The notes under the pieces were generated by a model. The model ran no database searches. It had not been told where the DNA came from and saw only the letters and a list, made by a program, of their open reading frames with translations. Shown here piece after piece: positions 31,689 to 43,546 of a stretch of 64,000 nt of DNA. Position 1 is the stretch's first letter, and every line of letters starts with the position of its first letter. Where the stretch lies: NCBI RefSeq assembly GCF_000150275.1, contig NW_002060943.1, positions 5,476,008-5,540,007 of the forward strand, read 5' to 3'. The DNA is from Trichoplax adhaerens (lineage: Eukaryota; Animalia; Placozoa). The position numbers were made by a program, and so were the translations under genes.

Positions 31689-34600
31689 TTAGAAAGCAAC
31701 TGACGAATTGGTTTCTATCAAAGGATATGATTGCTTGTTAACTTTCTGGCGAAGTATACTTATAACCACAAAATCAGCAGTGTAAAATTCTAATTTAAGA
31801 ATAGAGAGCAAATTACAATGAGACAGAGTCAGTTATTCTGTAATTGTAAAAATCACAAGTTACACATTCTAATAGTTATAAAGTCAGAACTTACCGATCG
31901 AATGTCGACGCGTTCTTATGTTGAAGCATTCGTCTTTATCCTTAGGGCACGATATTATAAATAATTCCTTCTGTATTAAGTTATCATAAAAATTACAAAA
32001 TTCAGACAATTCCAGTATTGGGAAGCAATTGTTTATGTAATACGCACACATGAATTAACGTCCATCAAAATCTTGATAGCAAGTGTGTAAGTAACCACCT
32101 ATAATAATATATAGAAAGCATCAAGCGAAATAAGTGAAAACTAAATTTTATTTACAGTCTATAATACACTGTTGCATACGATTACCGCATCTCATTACTA
32201 AAGTCAATTTACGTTTAAAATTAATATTACCTCTCCTCCATTGTAATGGATTATATTGTTCATCGTCTGCAAGTCTGGCTTGACATTCCTTGTTACGTAA
32301 AAGGTCATATCCTACAGCCATGTTGATGACGACATTTTAAGAGTTACATGTCAACATTAAGTAAAATAAGAAGGGCAACTTACAGATTCGTACGATTGAT
32401 ACGCAATATTTCGCAACAATTACCTCGAATACAGGTCGTAATGTAGCCATCTGTAAGGACTTTCTTAGGGAAAAGCTGTAATATTTTTCTGTCGACATGT
32501 CAATCACTTCAAATTGAGTTTCATCTGTTGATTTAAAGGTTAATGGCGTCACGTAGATTCTTCAACTGTCTAAATCTCAAGGTAACGTTATACCTGCAAA
32601 ACTTCCAAGACGATAACTTTGCTCTACCCATTCTGACCTTATTACGTGTCGGCACGTAGCGAAACAGCATAAGAATTTCTCCGTACGGGTAATCTGATAC
32701 ACACAACATAAATATGAAGAAATATGAAAATCGGCGGATTTAGTAATTCCAAAGATTCAATGACATGCTGAGTATTTGTCTTAGTGGACCTTTTGGGTAA
32801 TTAAATGAGTGCACTTTCGAAAATCTTCTGTGATCGTCGCTCCTAGGTAACTCAGCATCTATAAGCCAGATTCACATTAATACGCTTATTTATGTAGGTG
32901 TATCAGATTGCTATAATATGTAAAAATATACTTTCGCTAATTTTTCGGATTCAACTTTATCAAGACCAGTTATGACAGCTCGCACAGTTCTTATAGGCAG
33001 ATCATCGTTGACGTCAACACATCGACTCATATGGCTATTCCTGTTTGATTTAAGTAAACTTAAAGTGATTTCTAATGCTTTAGGTGTAATACATTGTCAT
33101 AATACTGCAATATTAGCTCATTACATTTCGCTATTGAATCCCCTCTTTTTCCTCCGTACTGTAAAAATCTGCGGAAATAAGGTAAGCAATATAATCATCC
33201 TCAATAACAATGTTACAAGGAACAGAGATTAGCAACACATTGACATTTTACTATCTTCAAAACTGCAGCTAGATTGGCTCGCTTAAAATTAATTAAATGA
33301 CTTATGTTTAAAAACGTACGTCATCATCATCGCTATCACTTGTTGAATGATTTCTTTTCTTTGATTTCCAAATTCCTATCAAGGATAAGGTGGTTTTTTA
33401 ATTTTTAAACATTTACATTCTAAGCAAGGTTATTCACTACAAAACAACTAACTTAGTATTGGCTCGTTGCATTCGTATTCCAGACTCATTTCATTTGGTT
33501 TACCAAACTGGATGTAGCGCTCCATGGCACAAGGCGCAACAATACCAGCTGTAATATTAACAATTAACGTTTAAGCTTTAGATCAATAATTATAGTTGAC
33601 TGTGAATGCAACCAAAAATTGATAAATTTTACATACTATTTAAGATATCTGCTAGCCATTTGCAATTTACGGTAAATATTCGCCATTCTTTAGCTTTAAA
33701 GAATTTTTCTCCCGATGGGCTATAGAAAATGGTAAAGAAAAGAGTTACTATCCGGGAGTAATCCGGTATCAAGCAAAATGTTTTGACGGTACACTACCTT
33801 TTACATATCAAATGGGTATTTTTTCTACTTAAATGAGGTGTATAATTAGCTCCAATAGCATTGATAATCATTTTAACTTTGTCACGTTCTTTGCCAGTGT
33901 ATCCGGTTACAGCAATTACCTAATTCAGAGATATCCTTCGATAAGCAAAAATACACCATTGGTAATCTAATCTACACCGCCACGGTACATTACCATTTCT
34001 TTACAGGCGTCAATTATATACTTTGATGGTACAGGTATCTGCATGCAATCGCGGGGTGTAAAAATTTCCTCTTTCCGCAACACATCATTCAACCAACAAA
34101 TCGTGGCAATCTTTTTACCGTCACGAAGTGCCTAAAAGACAGAACAGGTATAACTAAGGTATGGCTGCGATAAGTTAATCGCAGTGAGTCTTAGATATTG
34201 ATACTATTGTATTTTTACTTGCCAGCTTATAAGTTTCACTCATTCTATCGTAGCACAGTATATGTGTACATTTTTGGCTGTATTTATCCACTGTCTCTCC
34301 GCCACGTTCGGCAATTGCCTATATCAAAATTAATGGTATGAATGCTTGAGTAGAATGCAACTGGCTTTATTACGTTTTTTCAGAACTTTTGATCTCATAT
34401 ATTATAGCAAGGAAAAATAAAAATCGCCATGATCATATACCTAATTTAATAGTGTATAACTTATAACTGATCTTGCAATGACCAGTCATAGAATTTATAT
34501 TAAGTAAAGTACAAATTAATTATCATATTACGTATATTCACCTTTTTCCATATACTAATAATTCCATCATCGACATCTTGTTGGTAGTCAATTATGAGAA

Positions 34601-37600
34601 AGACACATCCTACGAGGAGATAACGTTGACGCATTTTATTTTCAATAACAGAACTACCAATAATGATGCTATTATTCTGATCTGCAGTTTTTCCCGTCCG
34701 GTCGCTACCAGGACCAAATAAATTTTTATCTATATCGGTTGATAATGCGGAATCTTTAGTGAGAACATCTTCGCTTATTTTATTTACTTCCATATTAATC
34801 ATCGAATCAGATTCCAAAATATCTTGGGGTAGACCGACATTTACCGCAGTTGTCTTCATATTTTTGTTAATCGGTATCTCATTGTTCTTATTGCTAACAG
34901 TGACAGCTGTGTTTATTGTGCTCGTAACTTCAGAACGTTGATTGTTATTCAGGTTAACAGGAAGTTCTACCTCATTTACAGACTCTAATTTACTGTAATT
35001 ACTTATGGAGGTTTGGGTATTTGGGGTGAAACTTTCATCAGCTGGCTTGGCTTCCTGACATCTAGCTCGTCGTTGCTCCTCAGTTGTTATCAATCCTGAT
35101 TTTTCGGTTGCAATTTCCAGTTTCTCACATGAGTTTTTGTACTTTGTGTTAAAAACATATTGATCATTTAATATTGCACTTGTTAAGGAAGTTGATTTAA
35201 TATCTTTATTTATCTCTTGGGAATGTTTTAAATTCATAGTTTTTGTAGTGCTATCAATCTGACTTGCATCTTCAATTTTGCTATTATCACATGTAGAAAG
35301 TGCATCTTTCCTCTTACTTGAATCCTCAACTTGTAATTGCTTATTTTCAGAAATATTGATTGATGATTTCTTGTGATTAGATATATTTACTAGGTGTAAA
35401 TTTATGTCAGCATCATCAGTAGAGTCAATCCTACCAACAGCCTTCATAACTTGCTTTATATTGCCGGCATGTTTTGGCTGCTTTTCATCGCTATCATCAG
35501 CTGCACTTTTAGTAATGCCAAACTCTTGCGATTGTTTATTATTCTTATCAATAGGTAAAGCTGTATCATTGATATTACCAGTTGTACCAATCAAAGGCAT
35601 CTTAGTCCTTTTCGGGGGTCCAAAGTAATCAAAAGTGCCAAGTGCAGACATAGCAGGATTTTCCAAGTTTGATTCATTTACACTATATTGAATTATATTT
35701 TGACTCCCTTCTGTACAAGATTTAGGTTGAGCTTTATTTTTTGTATCTATGCGTATTATCGATTTAGCCCGATGAGCGTTTTGCAATACTTGTTCGCATT
35801 TGATTTTGCCATCACTTTTATCAACAATTTCTTGAGCATCATTTTTACTTTCAGCCGGTAAGGTAGCGCCTTTAACATGGTGATTTGGCTTGTCATCGTC
35901 AATTGTAAATAGTTCTTCATTCAATTTGGTACCAGCTTTAATACTGTGAGTAATCCAATAAGGCGTGACAATATTAATTCCTTGAGTAGATTTCAAGTCC
36001 ATCTCATCGTCTGCTTCCTAAATGAAATCAAGTCGTTTAAAAACTGCATATTTAACCTCTCTTATTAGAATATGGGATTAAAACTATTTCGATTGCAGAA
36101 CAGCAGGTACAGGATTGATTGTTACCGTTGTCGTTAAGCATCACCTACCCAATTTTTATCACCAACTATGATATGAGTACACTTAGAATGGATAGTGTTG
36201 GTAAAAGTTCCACCATGAAAAGTTAGCATTGCCCATAATTTCTTCTGGTCTTCAGAACATATCTATAGCAGATAACGAAACCTCTTATTCAATGATGTAA
36301 GCTGAAATTAACTTGGATTGATCAACAAGATCAAAGATATGGAAGACATATTGACTATAGTGTAATCATTTGCTGTATGAAGCACTGCAAAAACTGATAC
36401 TATGCCTTGCCACATGGTGGGAAGATTACCTTCCAAAAGGCTACTAGAGTATTCTGGAAAATCCTAGATGAATTGACAAGGTACGGGTAACATCTAAATC
36501 CCATAGGTGGCAGTTTAGGAATATAATGTAGCATAACGATCGCAGTACATGTTTTAACTCTAGCTTTGTAACTTATACACTCTAGTGATGTTACATAGAT
36601 TAAAGCTGAAATCTTTTCAATAACCAATGTAATGTCGATTTAGGAACACGGAAGTACTGTATGATGATACTACAAAGACAAGCTATGATAAAAGATACGG
36701 TAACATCCTGCCATGTTTCGCTGACATGATGACCCAATCAGGCTGTTATGGTACAAATTGAAAGGAAAAATTAGTCGTTCACTTTCAGTATGTGCTGTAT
36801 TATCATCATTTTAACGTACTTAGTAGCCGTTAATTAGTAGAATAATTAGCTGTCAACAAATTACATTGGTTACCATTGTAAAATTTGAAGACAATATCAG
36901 TTTCATGGTACTTACTTTAACGATGTCTAAGCTGTAATTTTCGGCTTTCGAATAATCATCGTGGCTGGAATCTTGGCAGATTGCATGTGTTACAAGGGTT
37001 GATAAGTAATATTCACGTTCCGCGCCACCTTGGCGCAAGACATGAGCGACCTATTACACGATTGTGTTAATGGCTGTCATTATAGGTTATTCTATTTTTC
37101 TTAATTACAGCGACATAAAGATAAATTGATCGTGTTTGGTTGATGATTTTCCATTGTAATATTATCGTTATTTATTGTAGCTGATCTATTAGCAAACAGA
37201 GATGGTCATTTTGATTGATAGTACTGTCGATAGTACAATATTAATTTGGATATTGCACATAAGTTAGCATTTGTTATTGAATGGTGTGACAAAGGGGTAG
37301 AGCAAGTGCAGACGATGGATAAAGAAAACTATCAATTACCAATTAATGATATCCATATCAGCGTATTCTAATTAATATACACTGTACCGTAATGGTAGAG
37401 TAAGCAATAACCAACAAATCCTTTGCACACGTTGCTACTCTTTTTCTGTACTCTCTTGATTGAAAGTATTTCTACAGTAACCTGGACTCTTGTACAGTAC
37501 TGTACTGGATAAATTAATAGGATGAGCTAATATAAACGGTTGGACTATCCATGCAAACTGTCGACAAAACATTTTGATGAATGATCATTTATGATTGAGT

Positions 37601-38138
37601 TGTCTAGTAGCAACGTTATTATGATCGTTGATCACCGATGAAAATGATATCAAAAGGCAAGCTAACTATTTGCCTGAATAAATCAATTTCATTGAATTCA
37701 TTGCACACTGCAAGAGGATCGATAAAAGTTGGAGAGCGGAGTCAATGGATTTGCTGGTGTCACTAAATATCCAATGTACACCCCAAATTTTCAATTGAGC
37801 ACTAAAATGATTTTTTTGACTGTGAAGAATCGCTTCTGAATTTAGCAATGGCGGTCAACATTGCCCATGTAAACGAATATAAGTGGACGTAGAAAGATGA
37901 TCAATCCTTGTTATGGCATAATAATCTAGTGTGTAAAAGCAATTCTAGCAAGTTTGTTAGGGACGATAGGAGAAAACGATTTCACTAGCTGGCGACATTT
38001 GGATCGCACAACACCTGACTATGCTGACGTCAATCAGCTTCACTACAATCCATGACAAGTGCGAAGACTTCTACATACCTCATCGCTAACGGATCCCACC
38101 AAATAATAACTGACACCCGCGAAAACTTGTGATTGCAT
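31689..38138 (-). CDS. PAXIP1: PAX-interacting protein 1 (PTIP), six BRCT domains
   Basis: Exon 1 (38138-38079) MQSQVFAGVSYYLVGSVSDE, then BRCT1-2 (THAIC..VKPDWVIMS; WAMLTFHGG..CTHII; IVTPYWITHS), a long low-complexity exon, BRCT3-4 (LVGCVFLIIDY; IAVTGYTGKER..NTHLIC; VNCKWLAD) and BRCT5-6 (CTHLI..RTEKFLCC; YVTRNVKP..I.HYNGG). The end shifts (e.g. to about 31539) if the terminal U12-type intron is spliced. Confidence 0.9.
36494..36698 (-). other. U12-type (minor spliceosome) GT-AG intron in PAXIP1
   Basis: 5' site GTATCTTTT, branch-like TTCCTAAAC about 19 nt before the AG, and no polypyrimidine tract. Splicing restores MLP-CYPYLVNSSRIF in frame. Confidence 0.7.
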
Positions 38139-38289
38139 CTCGAAGTAGTCACAGCAATTAATCCATTTATACTAAGCCCAATTTTAAATTAGCATCCATT
38201 GCATTTTATTTTTCCTAAGCCAACCTAAAATGTCCGCTCCAATTGATCGACTTGAACAGTAGTAGCTCGTCCTAGTAGTGCCTAGTGGC

Positions 38290-38545
38290 TGTACAGTACG
38301 GATGTGTATACTGCACCAATGGTTACTGTACAATGGTTCGCGCTATTATTATAACTTCAAATTGACCGCAGTTGTACAACAATATTGCAATAATAATTCC
38401 CAAAATTGAAAAAAAAACATGAAAAACTTGGAAACTTTTTGGGTGCTCCGTGCACAGTACTGTAACTTCCATACTGTATACAGTCGTCTACAGTACGCAG
38501 TAGTGCAGTATGTACTGTACTGAACATACTGTACTACAGTACATC
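38290..38545. repeat. ACAGT/ACTGT island upstream of PAXIP1
   Basis: ctgtacagtac, tactgtaca, cacagtactgta, tactgtatacag and gtactgtactg units, 150-400 bp upstream of the ATG at 38138. Confidence 0.8.
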
Positions 38546-38769
38546 AATCCCCGCCAGTTTATGAAAATTTCTTAGCGGAAAGTGTCGTACTAAATATTTC
38601 TTCTATCGCACACAATTTCGACATTTTATTATGTACAAGTGTTTCTTGGTGCAGTACATAAATGACATCAGGATGACAGTTTGAGCGAAGTATTGTTAGG
38701 AATTTTTATAAACTACCCGCGTAATAAATCTCTTCTTCCTAATTCTCCTATAATTCTAATCGCTAACCA

Positions 38770-39255
38770 TTCAGAGTAACAACAGTTTATGACCAGGTTC
38801 TCGTTAACAACTATCTTCCATTGCAGACTATCATCTCAAAGGTATGAAAAAGATAAAACTCTCCCAACGATTCAGAGTAAAGCAGTTCACTACGAGTTTC
38901 TCGTCAACAGTTATCTTCCACTGCAGACTATAATCTCTAGTACGAATAAGATGAAACTCTCCCAACGATTCAGAGTAAAGCAGTTCACTACGAGGTTCTC
39001 GTCAACAACTATTTTCCACTGCAGACTATAATCTCTAGTACGAATAAGATGAAACTCTCCAAACGATTCAGAGTAAAGCAGTTTATGACGAGGTTCTCGT
39101 CAACAACTATCTTCCACTGTGGACTATAATCTCAAGTACCAACAAGACAAACTCTCTAAACGATTCAGAGTAAAAAAAGTTTATAACGAGGTTCTCGTTA
39201 TAAACTATCTTCCTCTGCAGACTATAAACTCAAGTACGACAAAGACAAACTCTAT
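38770..39255. repeat. Tandem repeat, about 98-bp unit, 5 copies, with an internal hairpin
   Basis: Units begin ttcagagtaa at about 38770, 38871, 38969, 39067 and 39164. Each carries ACGAG-GTT-CTCGT or a variant. Confidence 0.92.
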
Positions 39256-39435
39256 TACATTACTTTAGCTACTTCTATCCACAGCTTGTTTATAACTGCA
39301 AAATCATAAATAGAAATTACTGAACAACATCCGTTCACTTATAGACTCAGAACAAGAATTAAATTCTAAATTCTACGATTGTTGTTTGTTTCTAATAACG
39401 GAACTGGAACAACTGTTACGGCCAATCCTGGTTAG

Positions 39436-39762
39436 ACAACATCATTACAACCTGAAATTGAACATGTGTTATACTGTATATTGTTATATACTGTACAGTA
39501 CATACTTAACATGTACTGTAAACGATGTACTGTACACACTATACGCTATGGTAGCCGGACAGACTTTTCTTAATCGAAAAATGGCTACTTAAACAACATC
39601 ATTACAACCTGAAATTGAACATGTGTTATACTGTATATTGTTGTACTGTACTGTACAGTACAACGTACAGTACATGCTTAACATGTACTGTAAACGATGT
39701 ACTGTACACACTATACGCTATGGTAGCCGGACAGACTTTTCTTAATCGAAAAATGGCTACTT
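39436..39762. repeat. Two-copy tandem duplication (about 155 and 170 bp) containing ACAGT units
   Basis: acaacatcattacaacctg...aaaatggctactt at 39436-39590 and 39593-39762. The copies differ almost only within the CTGTA/CAGTA tract. Confidence 0.92.
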
Positions 39763-41097
39763 GATATGCATCTTCCGTGTCAGTTTTCGAAATCACTGGT
39801 ACTAATTTAATTCAATAGTATCTACGGTCTATCATAACTATTTCCAGGCGGAAATTGGCCTTCCTGTAGTAGTCCATGACTATATCTATTCATTACTGTA
39901 TTGTACTGTACAACACTACTTTGAGGTAACAGAAAGAGCATTTTCACTGCGATAGTAGGACAGTACATTACAGTATAGCACAGTATGGTGTACTACGTGC
40001 ACTGCACATTCATTAGCTTTCCCTTTCCTTGCAAGAAAAACTTTCTGACATTAGAAGAGGTCTCTTCTAGTAGTCCACGCATTACGATATATGCACTCAA
40101 AGTACAGTAGTAATAAGAGTAAAATGTCCAACTCTTTGGTATTGAAATGCCCAGATTTTACGCAATATAACATGATCTGACATTCTGTAATTTTAGAGAG
40201 TAAAATTGGACTAAATCGCTTTCCTTCAGTAAAGAAAGGCTACTGGACGAGTTTCAATGCGAAATCTTCACACTCAGTATGCTGTATATCAATGTTAGAC
40301 TTTTCAGTCATACTACTACTGTGAGCATGGTGTGTGTGTTAGTTTTATCCAATAAGAAATTGTTCTTACCTGTCGACCTTGGCATTGCGGAACTCGAAGT
40401 CAAATTCATCGGACTCATTGAATTATATAATAATTACCCTTCACAACTATTTACGAATATACTATAATTAGTCTCGAATTTCTCTTCAAAATGAACTTAC
40501 GATATACAGTAACCGCCGGTGCTACGGTCACAGACATACGTGCATATCAATACGTTAGTATTTAAAATTTCTTTTATTGCAACTGTAAAAGATTGAAGGG
40601 AGAACAGTAACTTTTAACTTACAATTAACACCGTACAAATGTACTCGTTTGGGTTTAAGATAGTGCCAAACAGCGTTTAATAGCTAACCAATGTGCTGCA
40701 TTTGCACATTGTATTCGAGCTAATCGCCATGCAGCATGTGATCGCCAATCAATACTGTCTAACAAATATCAAAATTATTACAGTAGCTTTTAGATGACAC
40801 AGATGATAACTCATTGTAATGGATAAAGATATTCCTAAAACTGAACGATTGCGAATATTCAATTTCTTACTACAATATAAATTTTTGGATTGTGTACCAT
40901 AGGATTGCCTGCCCACTCACTGTACATACTTCTGTTGTTGATATTATACAAGCTAGTTTTGGTATTATTTAGGCAATCAATGAAAGTAGGTAAAAGATTT
41001 CAATAACAGCACTAAAAAAAATATCTAGACATGGTGAAAATTGAAATCTGACGATCTCAGAATATCGTAGAAGCATACCATTTCTAACTATAACTCA

Positions 41098-42795
41098 CTA
41101 ATGAGCACTGTAGGGATTAAGAGGATTCTGTGACGGAATATTTCGCTGATTTGGAACAATTGCGGATTGAGGTATATTTCTGCTAGGCTGTTGTTTAATA
41201 TCAGCTTTGAAGTGGATCTGTAGAAAGAACTAATACAACACAAAAGGAATCAAACCCAAAATCAAATTAATTAAGGAAAACTATGAAATGTATTAATCCA
41301 TACAGTAGTACCTGTTTCGATTCTTTATTCCATTGCGTCCATAATTTATCATCAGATTTATCAATTTCTCGACTTGGGATCTAAATACGAATGGGTCAAA
41401 GAATGGATTAATGCTAGAGCTAACATTCACCGATCAGTTCCTCAACTCGTTAGAACGCAATTCTAAAAATTGGATATGATTATTGCCTGTGGCAACTACT
41501 TTTATAACAAGGTTATTACTTTGAAGGAAATAGTTTCATAAGGTTCTGCTGCAAATAGTAAGTATTGCCATTGCTTATCTGGTGGCTCTATGCGCTGTTC
41601 GTAGGCTGACATAAAGCGATGCCTTGGAGTGATACCATCTACAATCTCCGGATAGTCGATCTATGAAATTCAAAAAAACATGGTGATATAAATCATTTAA
41701 ATGGTAATATCGCTAAGACTCATGATGTTGGAAAAAATATTCCTTAAATTACGTACTTGGAATAGCAGAGATTGCTGTCCAGCTTCTTGATTATATTGCT
41801 TCGTGACTAAGTTAAATATAAACGTGTACTTTAAGATTAGTGCCAATTACGCAACTGGAAAAATTTGGTTAATATATGTTACATTACCTTTATAACCAGG
41901 ACGACCAATTTTTACAAATTGCTTCACATCTACCCTAGCCTTTTCCTAAGTAACGATAGACGCATTAGTAACATATTCTCGTTAACTTTGTTGACAATTA
42001 TCTTAAGAGTAATGGTAGCACTAACAAGAGCAGGTTGTGCGGGAGCATCTTTAGCATCTTTTGCTGCTCTTCTTGCTCTGTATAAAAGAGAGATTTATTT
42101 CATTAGCTTACAATGATATTACGATAAACTCTCCATTTATCCAATTATTAGACCACTGTAACTTCTAGGTAGAGAATAATAGTAAAAGTAAGGTAAATTG
42201 TAAGCAAAACAGAAGGTGCATACAATAGATCCCAATGATTGACTTACAGATTCTGTTGGTGCTTTTTTCCTTGAGTATGTGCCAGATAACTGCCCTATTG
42301 CCAATTAAAAGTTTATACTTAGTCTTGGCGATTTGCAAAGCAAACGTGATCTGCTAAGATCATACTTCCAAGCAATTCTGTATGAAGTTACGAATAAGGT
42401 AGATGATTATTCTAGATACCTCATTGTTGTGTAGAGTTAAGCATAATTTACACTCATAAGTCCCCAAGTGGTTTTTCATAAAATATGGATCCTACATGAA
42501 TAATAGCAAAGATTTGGATGAAGAGTAGAATGGTGCATAGCCAGCCAAGGCTTGGTAATTATTGCGTATAAAAGTCAAGCATTCACTGGCATAGAACCAT
42601 GACGATGGCGTCGCGTCGCGTGATATTTTAGATCATTCAAATTCTATTTAGGTAGTTGTCAAGTCTAACCTTGTTTAGATCGATCGTTTCCAAAGCAAGC
42701 TTTCTTAATCGTTCTCGCCGATCACGATTACTTTCTGATGACGAAGCTACACCACCGCTACCAATTTTGGAACCGACACGATGTTGGAAATCCAT
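41098..42795 (-). CDS. SF3A2: Splicing factor 3A subunit 2 (SF3a66/SAP62)
   Basis: MDFQHRVGSKIGSGGVAS..RERLRKLALETIDLNK, DPYFMKNHLGTYECKLCLTLHNNEGSYLAHTQGKKHQ (U1C-type Zn finger), KIGRPGYKVTKQ and PRHRFMSAYEQRIEPPDKQWQYLLFAAEPYETI. Nine GT-AG exons, stop TAG at 41098-41100. Confidence 0.97.
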
Positions 42796-43023
42796 TTTCA
42801 ATTACTGTCTACTCACTCAATAGTGATGAACGATGAAAACTTTACTACAAGTGATTGGCTATCTTTGAATTACAATGTTAACAATATTAATCGCTGACTA
42901 ACTACTTAACGGTACAAAACGAATATGTCTACTAAAGATAGTAATGAATAAATAAGAAAGATGATCGCTGCATGGAATTTGGATCGAATTTGGACTAGGC
43001 ACTGAGATAAGTTCTAGTGACGC

Positions 43024-43546
43024 ACAGTACAGCCAGCATTGGAAGCAGTGATGGACGATATTACCGTACAGTGTACAGTACATCCAATTACAGTACAGTA
43101 TGGAAAGGTTAATACTGTACAGTAAATCGAACCACGAAGAAGGTTCGATTGTACTGTACAGTACTGTACTGTACAGTGTACTGTACACTGTATCACTTCT
43201 TGGACGGACAGACCATTTCGGTCTTGCCAAACACTTCGACATGACTTGTCCACTGTACAGTAGAGTGTACACTGTACAGTACAGTACAGTACAGTACAGT
43301 ACACTGTACTGTACTGCAAGTACCCATTTTTACATACTGTACTGTACTGTACAGTACAGTATTTACGGCCATTACGGCCTGATTTGGCGAGAAAAATCTG
43401 TCTGTCCGATGAGTACAGTAAGTACAGTACAGTACGTACACTGAGTAACAGGCCTTCTTCCAGTGCTCTGACACTTGACAGCGTGTACAGTACAGTACAG
43501 TACACTGAGTACAGTACTGTACAGTACTTACCTACTGTACACTGTA
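43024..43546. repeat. Largest ACAGT/ACTGT island, upstream of SF3A2
   Basis: 43152-43192 parses as TA CTG TA CAG TA CTG TA CTG TA CAGTG TA CTG TA CACTG TA. 43268-43313 parses as TA CACTG TA (CAG TA)x5 CACTG TA CTG TA. Confidence 0.93.

Noticed and set aside
37388-37471. 84-nt in-frame cassette exon candidate in PAXIP1 intron 1
   Set aside because: It would interrupt BRCT1, its splice sites coincide with ACAGT units, and it has no homology support.
22753-38138. Functional DNA-repair cluster RFWD3-TRDMT1-PAXIP1
   Set aside because: Mixed orientations with separate promoters. Adjacency alone cannot be distinguished from chance without synteny data.
38770-39255. CRISPR array or hammerhead ribozyme satellite
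   Set aside because: There are no unique spacers and no cas genes. The order GTA..hairpin..CTGCAGA..GAAA-CTCT/AGAG-TA superficially recalls a hammerhead, but CUGANGA is not intact and stems I/II do not abut the core.
43142-43150. tRNA gene suggested by GGTTCGATT
   Set aside because: No A-box, cloverleaf or acceptor stem.
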